A stretch of DNA of 64,000 nt from an uncultured Candidatus Saccharibacteria bacterium (GTDB lineage: Bacteria; Patescibacteriota; Minisyncoccia; UBA6257; WO2-44-18), in assembly GCA_964503795.1 (NCBI GenBank), contig CAZDBT010000002.1, forward strand, positions 17,989 to 81,988. The letters are read 5' to 3'. Shown one piece after another: positions 19,283 to 28,731 of this stretch. The notes under the pieces are model-generated. The model saw only the letters and a program-made list of their open reading frames with translations. It was not told where the DNA came from and searched no databases. A program made the position numbers and the translations under genes. Positions within the stretch are counted from its first letter, which is position 1, and each line of letters begins with the position of its first letter.

Positions 19283-20125
19283 TTAAAAATAAGAAGCCAA
19301 AGTTTTAACATTGGCCTGGTCAGGACCCCGGTCGTCTAGACCAGGAACTTCTAGAAGCCAGATTTTATTATGCAGTCTTTTTTCTTTAGCGAGATTAATA
19401 AAACCCTTTTTGCCGATATAGCCCATTCCGATATTTTCATGTCGATCGTGGCGGGAATTAAAAATAGTTTTTGAATCATTAGCGTGCAGCACCTCAAGGT
19501 TATCCAGGCCGATCTGTTTGTCCCAGACGTCAAAGAATTTTTTTACCTCTGCCGGACTCTTATATTCAAGCAGGCCCGCCTCGAAAGCGTGGGCAGTATC
19601 AAAGCAGAATTTCGCGCGTTGAGAATCAACGCCGGTAAAGATCGCGGCCAACTCTTCTAGTTGAGAGCCGAGTTTATTTCCGCCACCGGCGCTGTTCTCC
19701 AATATCAATCGGGCCGGGCCGGGAACCTCTTCCAGCACTTCCCGGATGCCGCTGACCAAGTTTTTCATACCGGCCGCAAAGCCCCCGTCTCCGGATGAGC
19801 CGAGATGAAATATCAATCCCTCCGCTTCCAGTTTCTGGGCGATCCGGTAATGTTCGGCCAGGCTTTTTATGGATTTTTGGCGAATGTCCGGTTTCGGACT
19901 GGCTAAATTAGCCAGATAACCGGCGTGGAGATATACCGCCGGGGAACCGGCTTTTGTTCTTTCTTGGAGAAACTTTGCCAACGCTTCCGGTTTCAGAGTT
20001 TGCGTCAGCCATTGCTGCGGTGAAGACCCGAAAATTTGGATCGCTTGCGCGCCGATATTTTTGGCGTTGGAGAAGCAATTATAGAGTCCGCCGCCGGCAG
20101 ATACGTGGGCGCCGATGAGTGGCAT
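19283..20125 (-). CDS. nfo: Endonuclease IV (AP endonuclease family 2)
   Basis: LIGAHVS, HANDSK and TIM-barrel Zn-ligand motifs. Length 280 aa. Confidence 0.9.
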   Translation of the reverse strand: MPLIGAHVSAGGGLYNCFSNAKNIGAQAIQIFGSSPQQWLTQTLKPEALAKFLQERTKAGSPAVYLHAGYLANLASPKPDIRQKSIKSLAEHYRIAQKLEAEGLIFHLGSSGDGGFAAGMKNLVSGIREVLEEVPGPARLILENSAGGGNKLGSQLEELAAIFTGVDSQRAKFCFDTAHAFEAGLLEYKSPAEVKKFFDVWDKQIGLDNLEVLHANDSKTIFNSRHDRHENIGMGYIGKKGFINLAKEKRLHNKIWLLEVPGLDDRGPDQANVKTLASYF

Positions 20126-20207
20126 TTGATAATTTTACCGCAACCGACTTGATTTAAAAATATCCGCGTTGCATGCTGGGGGCAGAGTACTTTAAAAGGA
20201 GCCAGCA

Positions 20208-20690
20208 ATGGCGGCAGCTACCGACCGTAGCAAGCGCTTGTTCGAAGAGTTCCTGCTTCTCTCCGGCCCCGGCTCATTGGAACGAATGGGGATCTTGGGA
20301 GCCAAGGAAGGACCGGGTACGGTAAAGGAGTTTTGTCGGGAAGTAATGCCGATCTGGAAGGAGGCATTAAATAATTTATTTGCTCTTCTCCGTATCACCA
20401 GGCCGCCGTTTGAAGCTTCCGAGCAGGATCTTTTGTTTTTCCGGCTTGTCGCGGAGTTGAACAATCTTTTACCGATCGATTATCCTTTTGCTCTGGCTCT
20501 GGCGAAGATTACGTTGGAGGCTCCGGAGCGGGGATTGATCATTTCCGCGCTCAGGCGTCGCCTGATCCCGGGAGCGCATGATCTGCTTAATCCCAAGTTT
20601 GCGATCTTAATAACGGCCGAGACGCGAGAAAAGCTCAAGAGCGAACGGGTCATTTCGCTTTTCCGATTCCCGGAGGAGAAAGTGTCTTAA
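20208..20690 (+). CDS. Hypothetical protein
   Basis: SD AAAAGGAG 7 nt upstream and a strong terminator immediately after. No motif. Confidence 0.45.
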   Translation: MAAATDRSKRLFEEFLLLSGPGSLERMGILGAKEGPGTVKEFCREVMPIWKEALNNLFALLRITRPPFEASEQDLLFFRLVAELNNLLPIDYPFALALAKITLEAPERGLIISALRRRLIPGAHDLLNPKFAILITAETREKLKSERVISLFRFPEEKVS

Positions 20691-20691
20691 T

Positions 20692-20722
20692 CAAAAGAGG
20701 ATCAGCGCTGATCCTCTTTTTT
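20692..20722. terminator. Bidirectional rho-independent terminator
   Basis: Hairpin aaaagaggatc-agcgc-tgatcctctttt. Confidence 0.7.
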
Positions 20723-20869
20723 CTTTTCCTGAAAGGTTCCTTCGTGTTTTCCATCTACGCAGTCGCAATGTTTCAATTCTTTTTGATAATCCGGACATTT
20801 TGGGTCCTGACATTTGCCTTCTTTTTCCGAAACCCCCTCGCAGCCGCCCAGACAAATATAGTGATGCAT
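20702..20869 (-). CDS. Small Cys-rich protein (55 aa), below the ORF-track cutoff
   Basis: Hand translation of the minus strand gives MHHYICLGGCEGVSEKEGKCQDPKCPDYQKELKHCDCVDGKHEGTFQEKKKEDQR. It has six Cys and four His, and AAGGA immediately before the ATG. It lies between the tRNA-binding protein gene and the terminator, and its stop falls inside the terminator hairpin. Confidence 0.35.
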   Translation of the reverse strand: MHHYICLGGCEGVSEKEGKCQDPKCPDYQKELKHCDCVDGKHEGTFQEKKKEDQR

Positions 20870-20874
20870 TCCTT

Positions 20875-20909
20875 GAGTATAAGGTATCCAGTATTAAGTA
20901 TGAAGTATG
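20875..20909 (-). repeat. Array of 5 tandem heptamers (NNATACT in gene orientation) upstream of the small Cys-rich ORF
   Basis: On the minus strand the sequence reads catactt catactt aatactg gatacct tatactc. Related arrays occur at 40451-40485 and 57842-57914. Confidence 0.6.
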
Positions 20910-20916
20910 TCCAACT

Positions 20917-21258
20917 TTACCCGACCCGGGAGCCGGAAGGAACTTCTTTTTCCGGCATTAATATAATCGGACCGTCTTCATTCCTGGCCGCCAGCAGCAT
21001 GCCCTGACTTTCTATGCCCATCAGCGCGCGCGGTTCAAGGTTAGCTACGATAATTATTTCCCGCCCGGCTAGAGTATCCGGATCATAAACTTTCCCGATA
21101 CCGGCTACGATCTGGCGCGGTTTTTCGGCTCCGGCTTCGTCTTTATCTCCGGCGTCGAGTCGCAGCTTTAAAAGTTTATCCGATCCCTCCACCCGTTCGG
21201 CGGAAAGGATCTTCGCCACTTTTAGTTCTATTTTTGAAAATTCTTCAGAAGTGATCAT
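20917..21258 (-). CDS. tRNA-binding protein (Trbp111/CsaA, Myf domain)
   Basis: 113 aa with an OB-fold tRNA-binding domain like the MetRS C-terminus (KVAKILSAERVEGSDKLLKLRLDAG). Confidence 0.7.
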   Translation of the reverse strand: MITSEEFSKIELKVAKILSAERVEGSDKLLKLRLDAGDKDEAGAEKPRQIVAGIGKVYDPDTLAGREIIIVANLEPRALMGIESQGMLLAARNEDGPIILMPEKEVPSGSRVG

Positions 21259-21260
21259 GG

Positions 21261-21974
21261 TTAAACTTTGTTTTGTTGGTAATTTTCTACCAGATAGACA
21301 GCAACGGCGGCGGCAGTTTCGGCGCGTAAGATCAATTTTCCCAAGGTGGCCATCGCGAATTTTCTTTTTTCGGCCGCTTCGGTTTCACTGTCGTCCCAGC
21401 CACCTTCCGGACCAATGAAAACGCCAACCTTTCTGGTCTGGATATTTATTTTAGACAGAGGGAGACCGCTGGGACGGAAGAAGATATTGAAGTCATTGTT
21501 GTCGGCGTGCTGCAGGGCTTGTTCAAAGGGCATCGGCTGATGAATCTTGGGGATGATCCCTCGGCCGGACTGCTCCGCCGCTTCTTTAGCGATTTTTTCC
21601 AGCCGCGCCACATTGATCGCCGTTTTTACGGTGCGTTTTCCGATCACCGGCACGATCTCCGATATGCCGGCTTCTACGGCTTTCTGCGTGGCCAGTTCAA
21701 AATTTTCTTTTTTTAGGATCGAGCAGTACAGTGTTCCATATATTTCCGGTTCATTTTCATTTTCCTGGGTGCGCTTAATGATCAGCGTCGCAACTCCTTT
21801 AGAGATCTCTTCTACGCAAGCCAGCGCCTCTTTCTTTTTGCCGTCGCCGAGCAAAAGTTCGTCGCCGGTTTTCAGGCGGAAGACATTTTTTATTTGGTTT
21901 ACCAAGTCTCGGTCGCCGATCTTCAAATATTCTTTGGACAGGTCAAAATCACCGATAAATCTATGGAGTCTCAT
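21261..21974 (-). CDS. rsmE: 16S rRNA (uracil1498-N3)-methyltransferase
   Basis: PUA-like N-terminus and SPOUT domain with GPEGGW motif. Confidence 0.85.
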   Translation of the reverse strand: MRLHRFIGDFDLSKEYLKIGDRDLVNQIKNVFRLKTGDELLLGDGKKKEALACVEEISKGVATLIIKRTQENENEPEIYGTLYCSILKKENFELATQKAVEAGISEIVPVIGKRTVKTAINVARLEKIAKEAAEQSGRGIIPKIHQPMPFEQALQHADNNDFNIFFRPSGLPLSKINIQTRKVGVFIGPEGGWDDSETEAAEKRKFAMATLGKLILRAETAAAVAVYLVENYQQNKV

Positions 21975-21984
21975 TAAGAAAATT

Positions 21985-22722
21985 CTAGCACTTTTGGGCT
22001 TCTATGAATAAAAACAGGGGAATCTCCCTACGAGCGGTATCTTCTGCTTTTGATCGCGGTCCCATCTCGCTTTGCTTGTTGGATTCCCATTCTTCAAGTC
22101 CGCTTACGACAAAGCCGGAATTTTTAAGAAGTTTAAAATAGGTTTGCAGGGGACGGTGGAAGGAAACGGTATATTCTTCCGGAACATCGCCGAATCCCAT
22201 AGACGGATGCATGTTTATTTTTTCCTTGGACTCGGAAAGATAGCCGTCAATACGGCGATATTGAACTTTCTTTTTCTCATCCCAGCCCCATTCACTTTTC
22301 TTCAGAACCCGGAAGGCCGGGTGAGTCATTACTATGTATAGACTGCCCCCGGGCTTGAGGACTCTTGAGCATTCGGCCAAAACCTTGTGGGGATTATCCA
22401 TGTTTTGCAGCGCCAAGATCGCGGCGACTTTATCCATGCTGGCCTTCGGCAAGAAAGACAGGTTCTCCGCGGATCCGATATGGAATTTTAGGCTCGGGTA
22501 TTTTTGTTTGGCTTCCTCGACGAGCGTTTTGGAAAGTTCCACACCCGTAACTTTGGCGCCTTTTTTGGCGAACTCATTGGCAAAAAATCCCGGGCCGGAA
22601 CCCAAGTCTAAGATCTCCTCCCCCTTATTTATTTCCATCAGTCGCATCAAGTTAGGCAGGATCAGAGTTTTTTGATAGTGGCCGATCACCGTTTCTACGC
22701 CCCAGGAAGTATCCTTTTTCAT
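21985..22722 (-). CDS. Class I SAM-dependent methyltransferase
   Basis: Motif I ILDLGSGPGFFANEFAKKG and motif post-I VTGVELS. Confidence 0.7.
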   Translation of the reverse strand: MKKDTSWGVETVIGHYQKTLILPNLMRLMEINKGEEILDLGSGPGFFANEFAKKGAKVTGVELSKTLVEEAKQKYPSLKFHIGSAENLSFLPKASMDKVAAILALQNMDNPHKVLAECSRVLKPGGSLYIVMTHPAFRVLKKSEWGWDEKKKVQYRRIDGYLSESKEKINMHPSMGFGDVPEEYTVSFHRPLQTYFKLLKNSGFVVSGLEEWESNKQSEMGPRSKAEDTARREIPLFLFIEAQKC

Positions 22723-22727
22723 AACTT

Positions 22728-23111
22728 CTAACTTATACTCATAGACTTTTTGCCGCGAGCGGCAAGTAAAGCCCAGGCGCCAACGGCTAAATGTAGAATG
22801 GTATCAGCCGGGTTTTCCAAATTGGCGCCTAGGAAATTAGTGCTTAATACCAAGCTCCAGAGGCCGACCAGGATCCCGACAATACCCAAAACTATCACCA
22901 GCAATTTCTGCAGATTGGCCGGTAAGGTAAATACCGCCAGCAAACCGGCTACGCCGATGACCAGATGCGCCCAGTTTTCGCCGTTATCGAACCACCAGTT
23001 GCCTCCGAAGACGCTTTTGTCCGGAGAGGGACCGATCACGCCAGCGAAGCCAAGGACCGCGATCAGCACTAATACCGCGCCGCCGATCAATAAAAATTGT
23101 TTTGGATTCAT
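22728..23111 (-). CDS. Hypothetical membrane protein (DUF4383-like)
   Basis: Four TM helices, no motif. Confidence 0.35.
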   Translation of the reverse strand: MNPKQFLLIGGAVLVLIAVLGFAGVIGPSPDKSVFGGNWWFDNGENWAHLVIGVAGLLAVFTLPANLQKLLVIVLGIVGILVGLWSLVLSTNFLGANLENPADTILHLAVGAWALLAARGKKSMSIS

Positions 23112-23132
23112 GCGTTTAATAATTATAACAAA

Positions 23133-24803
23133 TTAGAACTTGTAGATTCGGAAGACGGTTTCGCCCCGTTTATTAACGATCACCGAAGGCGCGACGCCAA
23201 TTTGGTGATTCAGCAGATCTTCCAGTAGCCGTCCGCTCTCCGTCAACCGGCCTCCCAGAGATTCTGTTTTCAGGGGGATGTTACTGGTGGGGGTTATGAA
23301 ATAGCGACTAGTCAGACCTGCTTCCGCCAGATAGCCCTCTCTTTTCTCGCGGATCAGCGAAAGGTATTCGCCGGCTTCCATTACCGGCCAGCCGTGATAG
23401 ATCTGTAGCCGATCGAAGATCCACAGCTGGGCCGGACTAGAAATATTGCCATCATAGATAAGTAAAGCGTGGGACGGCCGCCAGCCCAGATCCCTCGCCA
23501 GTTTAATTGAGGCATCTTGGATCTTCTCAATGAATTTGTAGCGCGCCTCAAAGGTTAGGGCGGGAAATTTTCCGGCTAGTTCGCCGTCCAGGTAATCGGA
23601 CAGTTCGTTGTAGCCCCAGTTGTAGTTGTCATAACGCAAATGAGAAAAGAGGATTGGTTGCGGACCGATGGGGTAATTAAGAACTAGGCTATTCGTGGAG
23701 TAAAGAGTTTCCCAGCCCAGTAGTAGGGCGACTAAAACCGGCATTACCACTGGTCCTTTTCTCGCAAGCGGGTCATAGATCCGGTCTATAAATATGCCGA
23801 CGGCAATAACCAGGAATGGGACCAGCATTGTAAGAAATCGGTAAGTCGGGCCGATCCTGGATAAAAGCAGCAGCATCCAGGCTATCGCCAGAACCGGAAA
23901 CCAGAGACGTTTCTTGAATAAGACCCAGAGCGCGGGTAAGACCAAGAGCAATAAAGTTAGAGAATTGGTATTGAAAAGATAAGGGAAGAAATAGTGGACC
24001 CGGTCGGTCAGGGTCGGCATCGCTTCTTTTCCGGGAGCGCTTTTCCATACCGTCGGATCTTGGCCGAAGATGTAAGAGAATTGAAAATCAAAGTGGCCGG
24101 TTTGGCGGTACATCATAATGTTGTAAACAATGACCGGGCTGAACACCAGGAACGATATAGCAACGCCGATCCAGAAATATTTCTTCCTGAACACGTCTCG
24201 CCGGAACAGCGCCAGATAAGAAATAAAGATCGGAACCATAACCAAAACATTATATTTTGCGAGCAGGCCTAACCCTAAAGCGGCGCCCGTCCAGAGGAAA
24301 TATTTTTTTTCGTCCAGCGCCCTTAGGAAAAAATAGGAGCTTAGTAGTATGAAAAAGATGACGCAAGATTCTTGAAGGCCCAGACGGGAAATATACACGC
24401 AGTTCACGGTTACCGCGGCAATAGCGGCGGCAATTAACCCGGCGCGTTCGGAAGCCAGTCGTTTGTTGATCAGGTAGATGAGGTAAACGGAGACGATCCC
24501 CAGGACGGCCGAAGGAAAGCGGAATCCAAAATTATTTTCTCCGAAAATTCCCATTGACCAGTGCTGGAGCAAAAAGACCAGCGGGGGATGATCATGGAAA
24601 GACAAGTGCGTCCACCACTGAACATTCGGATCTTGCCATTGCAGCGGCGTGGTTTGTTGAGGAGCGTTATCAAAATCCAACATTCCGACGGCCCGGAAGG
24701 CGTAGAAGACCTCATCGCTACCGGTAATGTCGCCGCCGCCGAGATTTATCAGTCTGATCAAAGCCGCGGCAAATAAAATTGCAATCAGTAATTTTTTATG
24801 CAC
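23133..24803 (-). CDS. GT-C glycosyltransferase, family 39-like (dolichyl/polyprenyl-phosphate-mannose protein mannosyltransferase / ArnT-like)
   Basis: Polytopic N-terminal domain with a conserved DE-type first loop (ITGSDEVFY) and a large C-terminal soluble domain. GTG start. Resembles PMT/ArnT family architecture. Confidence 0.6.
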   Translation of the reverse strand: MHKKLLIAILFAAALIRLINLGGGDITGSDEVFYAFRAVGMLDFDNAPQQTTPLQWQDPNVQWWTHLSFHDHPPLVFLLQHWSMGIFGENNFGFRFPSAVLGIVSVYLIYLINKRLASERAGLIAAAIAAVTVNCVYISRLGLQESCVIFFILLSSYFFLRALDEKKYFLWTGAALGLGLLAKYNVLVMVPIFISYLALFRRDVFRKKYFWIGVAISFLVFSPVIVYNIMMYRQTGHFDFQFSYIFGQDPTVWKSAPGKEAMPTLTDRVHYFFPYLFNTNSLTLLLLVLPALWVLFKKRLWFPVLAIAWMLLLLSRIGPTYRFLTMLVPFLVIAVGIFIDRIYDPLARKGPVVMPVLVALLLGWETLYSTNSLVLNYPIGPQPILFSHLRYDNYNWGYNELSDYLDGELAGKFPALTFEARYKFIEKIQDASIKLARDLGWRPSHALLIYDGNISSPAQLWIFDRLQIYHGWPVMEAGEYLSLIREKREGYLAEAGLTSRYFITPTSNIPLKTESLGGRLTESGRLLEDLLNHQIGVAPSVIVNKRGETVFRIYKF

Positions 24804-24817
24804 ATAGTTATAATGTC

Positions 24818-26278
24818 ATGAAAATTAAAATCTCGGCAACGCAATGCCTTTGGATCCTGATAGCCGTGTACATTGCCGCTTTCGGAATTTTTACCTGCCT
24901 CCGCCACTATAATTTTCAAACCCAGACTTGGGACTTGGCGGCTTTCGTGCAGACTTTTTGGAATACCATCCACGGCCGGATCATGCAAAACAATCTGGAG
25001 CAAGTTCACAATCATTTGGGATTGCATATGAGCCCCTGGTTGTTGGTTCTGGCCCCCGGTTACGCGATTTTCCCATCGCCCTACTATCTATTAATAATTC
25101 AGACGATCATTGTCGCTCTGGGGGCCTGGCCGCTCTATTTGTTGGCGGTAAAGGTATTGAAGAACCAATGGCTATCTTTAGTGGTGGCCGCAAGTTACCT
25201 TTTGTATCCATCTTTGCAATGGGCTAACACCTATGATTTTCACGAGATCACCTCATTCATTCCATTACTCTTGGCGGCTTTTTATTTTATTGAAGAAGAA
25301 AGGTGGGGTTGGGCGATCGGTTTTCTTGCATTGGCGGCTAGCGTTAAAGAAGACGCCATCTTAACAGTGTTATTCGTGGGTATTTATCTGCTCTTGCGCG
25401 CCGACAAACAAAAGGTTTGGCTGACCAAACAGCGGAAGATCGGTATCGGAGTGATCATTTTGGCGCTGATCTATTTTATTATTGCCGTGAAGATCCTCAT
25501 GCCGGCTTTCGGCGGAGGCGTTTTACGCTTCGATCGTTACGCCAATCTCGGAAATACTCCCGGAGAAATAGTAAAGAATGTTTCCGCGCATCCGCATTTG
25601 TTGGCAGAAACGATCTTTACCAAACAAAAACTGTTTTATTTTTTCCTGCTTTTTTTGCCGGTAGCCTTCCTGCCGTTCCTTTACTGGCGAACACTCCTGC
25701 TGTTGATTCCCGGTTTAGCGGAGAACTTATTGACCACCTATACTTTTCAGTTCAACAGCCTTTACCACTACGACGCTATCCTGATCCCGGGCATATTTTT
25801 CGGAGTTGTGTACGGATTGAAGTTCCTTCAGGATCGTTGGCCCCGTAACAACGGGGCGCAGCCGGCAAAGATCCATTGGGTAAAATGGGTCTTGTTGGGT
25901 TGCGCTATTTTTAGTTTTCTGACCCGTTCGCCGCTCGGCCCCTTTAGTTTTCCACTGGCCTATTTCCAGCCGAATGCCCAATGGGCCGCTTATCGGAAGA
26001 TCGTGGATCTGGTTCCCGACGGTGTGAGCGTGGCCGCGAACACTAATCTGGTGCCTCATTTAGCGCACAGGGAATTCATTTACGCCTTGGGACGCGAGAC
26101 CTTCCCGGTGGATATGGTGTTGGTGGATCTGGATGATCCGTTCGGTTTTAAGGACCAGAAAGAGTTTGACGCCTATCTTGATAGTTATTTAAAAACCGGA
26201 CTTTATCAGGGCCATCTTTTTGACGACCGCTACCTGATCATCACCAGCAACAAACTGAAGTTAGTTACGAAATCTTAA
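24818..26278 (+). CDS. DUF2079-like polytopic membrane protein (putative GT-C-related)
   Basis: Over 10 TM helices. Start uncertain (ATG 24818 or TTG 24779). Divergent from the PMT-like gene. Confidence 0.5.
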   Translation: MKIKISATQCLWILIAVYIAAFGIFTCLRHYNFQTQTWDLAAFVQTFWNTIHGRIMQNNLEQVHNHLGLHMSPWLLVLAPGYAIFPSPYYLLIIQTIIVALGAWPLYLLAVKVLKNQWLSLVVAASYLLYPSLQWANTYDFHEITSFIPLLLAAFYFIEEERWGWAIGFLALAASVKEDAILTVLFVGIYLLLRADKQKVWLTKQRKIGIGVIILALIYFIIAVKILMPAFGGGVLRFDRYANLGNTPGEIVKNVSAHPHLLAETIFTKQKLFYFFLLFLPVAFLPFLYWRTLLLLIPGLAENLLTTYTFQFNSLYHYDAILIPGIFFGVVYGLKFLQDRWPRNNGAQPAKIHWVKWVLLGCAIFSFLTRSPLGPFSFPLAYFQPNAQWAAYRKIVDLVPDGVSVAANTNLVPHLAHREFIYALGRETFPVDMVLVDLDDPFGFKDQKEFDAYLDSYLKTGLYQGHLFDDRYLIITSNKLKLVTKS

Positions 26279-26959
26279 CCGCAGCACTTTCCAGAAACTT
26301 TCCAGAATTATTCCCAGATTGAATTTGGAGCTTCCAAGGCGGCGTTCGGTAAAAGTGATGGGGATCTCGCAAATTTTTAATCCCTTTTTATGGGCCGCGT
26401 AGGTAGTTTCAATTTGAAAGTTGTATCCGACCGAACTCAACAATGACAGATTAATCTTCTCTAAAGCTTCCCGGCGAAAGCATTTAAAGCCGCCGGTCAG
26501 ATCGCGATAGGGGAGTGCTAGAATGGTCCGGGCGTAGAAATTTCCGAACCGGCTGATCAGTTTTCTGGCAAGATCCCAGTTCTTGGTGTTACCGCCCGGA
26601 ATATATCGCGAACCCAATACCACATCGCAAGTTTTTATTTTTTCCAGCATTGCCGGAATAGCCGCCGGATCATGGGAAAGATCGGCGTCCATCTGGATCA
26701 CAATTTCCGCCTCCGGCGGTAATGATTCAAAGCCCTGGACGTAAGCTTTTCCCAGGCCTGATTTTTCTGCCCGGTGAATAACAGTGACCGGATATTTTTG
26801 CCGCAACTCGTCGGCGATCCGGCCGGTTCCGTCGGGTGAGTTATCATCCACGACCATCAAGCGCAGATCGGGAATTTTTAACGCGAAGATCTTTTCTACC
26901 AGTGCCGGCAGATTTTCTCTCTCGTTATAAGTCGGGATGACGACATAAACCTTCGACAT
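26261..26959 (-). CDS. Polyprenol-phosphate mannose synthase (Dpm1/Ppm1-like GT2)
   Basis: VVIPTYNERENL, VVDDNSPDGT and QMDADLSHDP motifs. Confidence 0.8.
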   Translation of the reverse strand: MSKVYVVIPTYNERENLPALVEKIFALKIPDLRLMVVDDNSPDGTGRIADELRQKYPVTVIHRAEKSGLGKAYVQGFESLPPEAEIVIQMDADLSHDPAAIPAMLEKIKTCDVVLGSRYIPGGNTKNWDLARKLISRFGNFYARTILALPYRDLTGGFKCFRREALEKINLSLLSSVGYNFQIETTYAAHKKGLKICEIPITFTERRLGSSKFNLGIILESFWKVLRLRFRN

Positions 26960-27042
26960 TATTTTGATTTTAGCACGCGCGCCAAGCTTAGGATAATTTC
27001 TGCCTTGACTTTATGAGGTAAGTGCTGTAGTATGACCCAGTT

Positions 27043-28665
27043 ATGAAGAAGCTTATTTTGGCCTTATTTTTGGCGTTGGTGGTTGTTAATTTGGGCTTCG
27101 CAAATCAGGCGAAAGCCTTTATTCCCTTTTGGCCGCATGAGGTTATTTACTGCCTGATCGACGGGGATGCTTGCGAGGATCCGGTTCCCGCGCCTGTTCC
27201 GGCCCCGACCCCAGCCCCCGCGCCCGCTCCTGCCCCAGCTCCGGCTCCGGAGCCAAGGCAAACTCCCGCTCCAGCACCCGTTCCCTCTCCAGCCCCGGCG
27301 ACTAACCAGCCAGCCGTCTGGTCTTCTTCTAATCCGACTTATTTCAGCATTCACACCGGAGACAATGTGCAATTTTCTTTGGTGGCTACCGATCCGGAGA
27401 ACGATCCGTTAACTTACTCTTCTTATTCTTTGCCTTACGGTTCCGCCTTTAATCCTTCCAGCCGAACTTTCTATTGGATCCCATCGTCCGGTCAGACCGG
27501 ATATTTTTCGCCGCAATTTACCGTCTATGACGGTCACAACTACAGCTACTTTACCGTAACTATTAATGTAGCTTCCCAGACCACGACTTCCTCCACCAAT
27601 GAGAAGCCGGTTTGGGATGGCGGCACCGGCGATAAAGATGCGCGTGTCGGTCAGATCTTGCAGTTCACTGTTTCCGCGCATGACCCGGAAGACGAACCGA
27701 TCTCGTACAGTGTTTTTAATATGCCGAACAATGCCAACTTCCAGTCTTCCAGCCGATTATTTACCTGGACTCCGGTTGTTGCCGACATAGGCACTCATAT
27801 CATTACTTTCCGCGCTTCCGACGGCGTGAAATATACCGATCGCGATGTAACGATCACCGTTCAGGAAGCTTCTACTAATACCTCAAGCGCCAATCATGCT
27901 CCGGTGTTTGTGAATTTTAATCCGCCGATCAAGGGTCGGGTTAATCAGCTTTATATTTATGATCTGAACGCGATCGATGCCGATGGCGATACCGTCACTT
28001 ATAGCGTAGCTTCCGGACCGACCGGCCTATTCATCAATCCGAGTACCGGCATGATCCAGTGGACGCCTTCTTCTTTGCAGACAAATTTCAGTAAGGTCAG
28101 CGTTTATGCCAGTGACGGCAAGGTTTCTACGCCGATCGACTTCTACATCTTCGTGGAAAATCCGTCTTCAGTTCCGGTGCCACCGACGGTGATCACCACC
28201 AGCTCCAATCCGGAAGAGCGAGCGATCATCAGCAATATCAAAGTTGAAAGCGCCAAAGCCGGAGTGGTTACCGTAAGCTGGGATACCAATATTCCGACCC
28301 GCGACCGGGTAATTTATGATACGGAATCGGAGTTGCAAAAGACCCGCAATTTCAGCTACGCGCACGCTACGGCGGAATCCGGCGACCTGTCGCGCGGCCA
28401 CAGCGTTGAATTGAGCGGCTTGGAATTCAACACTGTTTATTATTTGCGGGCAGTGGCAAAAACCAATAACCAGGTTGTAACCTCTAACGAAATCACCTTC
28501 GTGCAACTTCCTAATGGCGCGACTCAATTCGGGGGAGTGGCCTCCATTTTTAATATCATCGGTCCGTTAGTGAAAGATCCGGCCTTCCTGTGGATCGTGA
28601 TCTTGGCGATCGCGGGATTCAGCTTCTGGCAGTACCGTAAATCCGGTAAGAGTTCGCCGATCTAA
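27043..28665 (+). CDS. Cell-surface protein with signal peptide, Pro-Ala repeat linker, three cadherin-like/putative-Ig repeats, an FN3-like domain and a C-terminal TM anchor
   Basis: Signal peptide MKKLILALFLALVVVNLGFA and a (PAPAP)n stretch. Three repeats show the D-x-D/E-N-D-P-L-T/S-Y-S pattern (TDPENDPLTYS, HDPEDEPISYS, IDADGDTVTYS). C-terminal hydrophobic helix followed by RKSGK. Confidence 0.6.
   Translation: MKKLILALFLALVVVNLGFANQAKAFIPFWPHEVIYCLIDGDACEDPVPAPVPAPTPAPAPAPAPAPAPEPRQTPAPAPVPSPAPATNQPAVWSSSNPTYFSIHTGDNVQFSLVATDPENDPLTYSSYSLPYGSAFNPSSRTFYWIPSSGQTGYFSPQFTVYDGHNYSYFTVTINVASQTTTSSTNEKPVWDGGTGDKDARVGQILQFTVSAHDPEDEPISYSVFNMPNNANFQSSSRLFTWTPVVADIGTHIITFRASDGVKYTDRDVTITVQEASTNTSSANHAPVFVNFNPPIKGRVNQLYIYDLNAIDADGDTVTYSVASGPTGLFINPSTGMIQWTPSSLQTNFSKVSVYASDGKVSTPIDFYIFVENPSSVPVPPTVITTSSNPEERAIISNIKVESAKAGVVTVSWDTNIPTRDRVIYDTESELQKTRNFSYAHATAESGDLSRGHSVELSGLEFNTVYYLRAVAKTNNQVVTSNEITFVQLPNGATQFGGVASIFNIIGPLVKDPAFLWIVILAIAGFSFWQYRKSGKSSPI
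27183..27300 (+). repeat. Low-complexity Pro-Ala coding repeat (ccngcncc periodicity)
   Basis: Encodes PVPAPVPAPTPAPAPAPAPAPAPEP...PAPAPVPSPAPA. Confidence 0.8.
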
Positions 28666-28731
28666 CCGGAGCTTTTCTTTTGCCGATAAATTTGTTACTC
28701 TAACTTTCGGTTCCTTTTGCGGAGAAGAAGA

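Noticed and set aside
24779-24817. TTG start extending the DUF2079 gene into the divergent PMT-like gene
   Set aside because: It would overlap the divergent gene's 5' end. ATG 24818 is preferred, but this remains uncertain.
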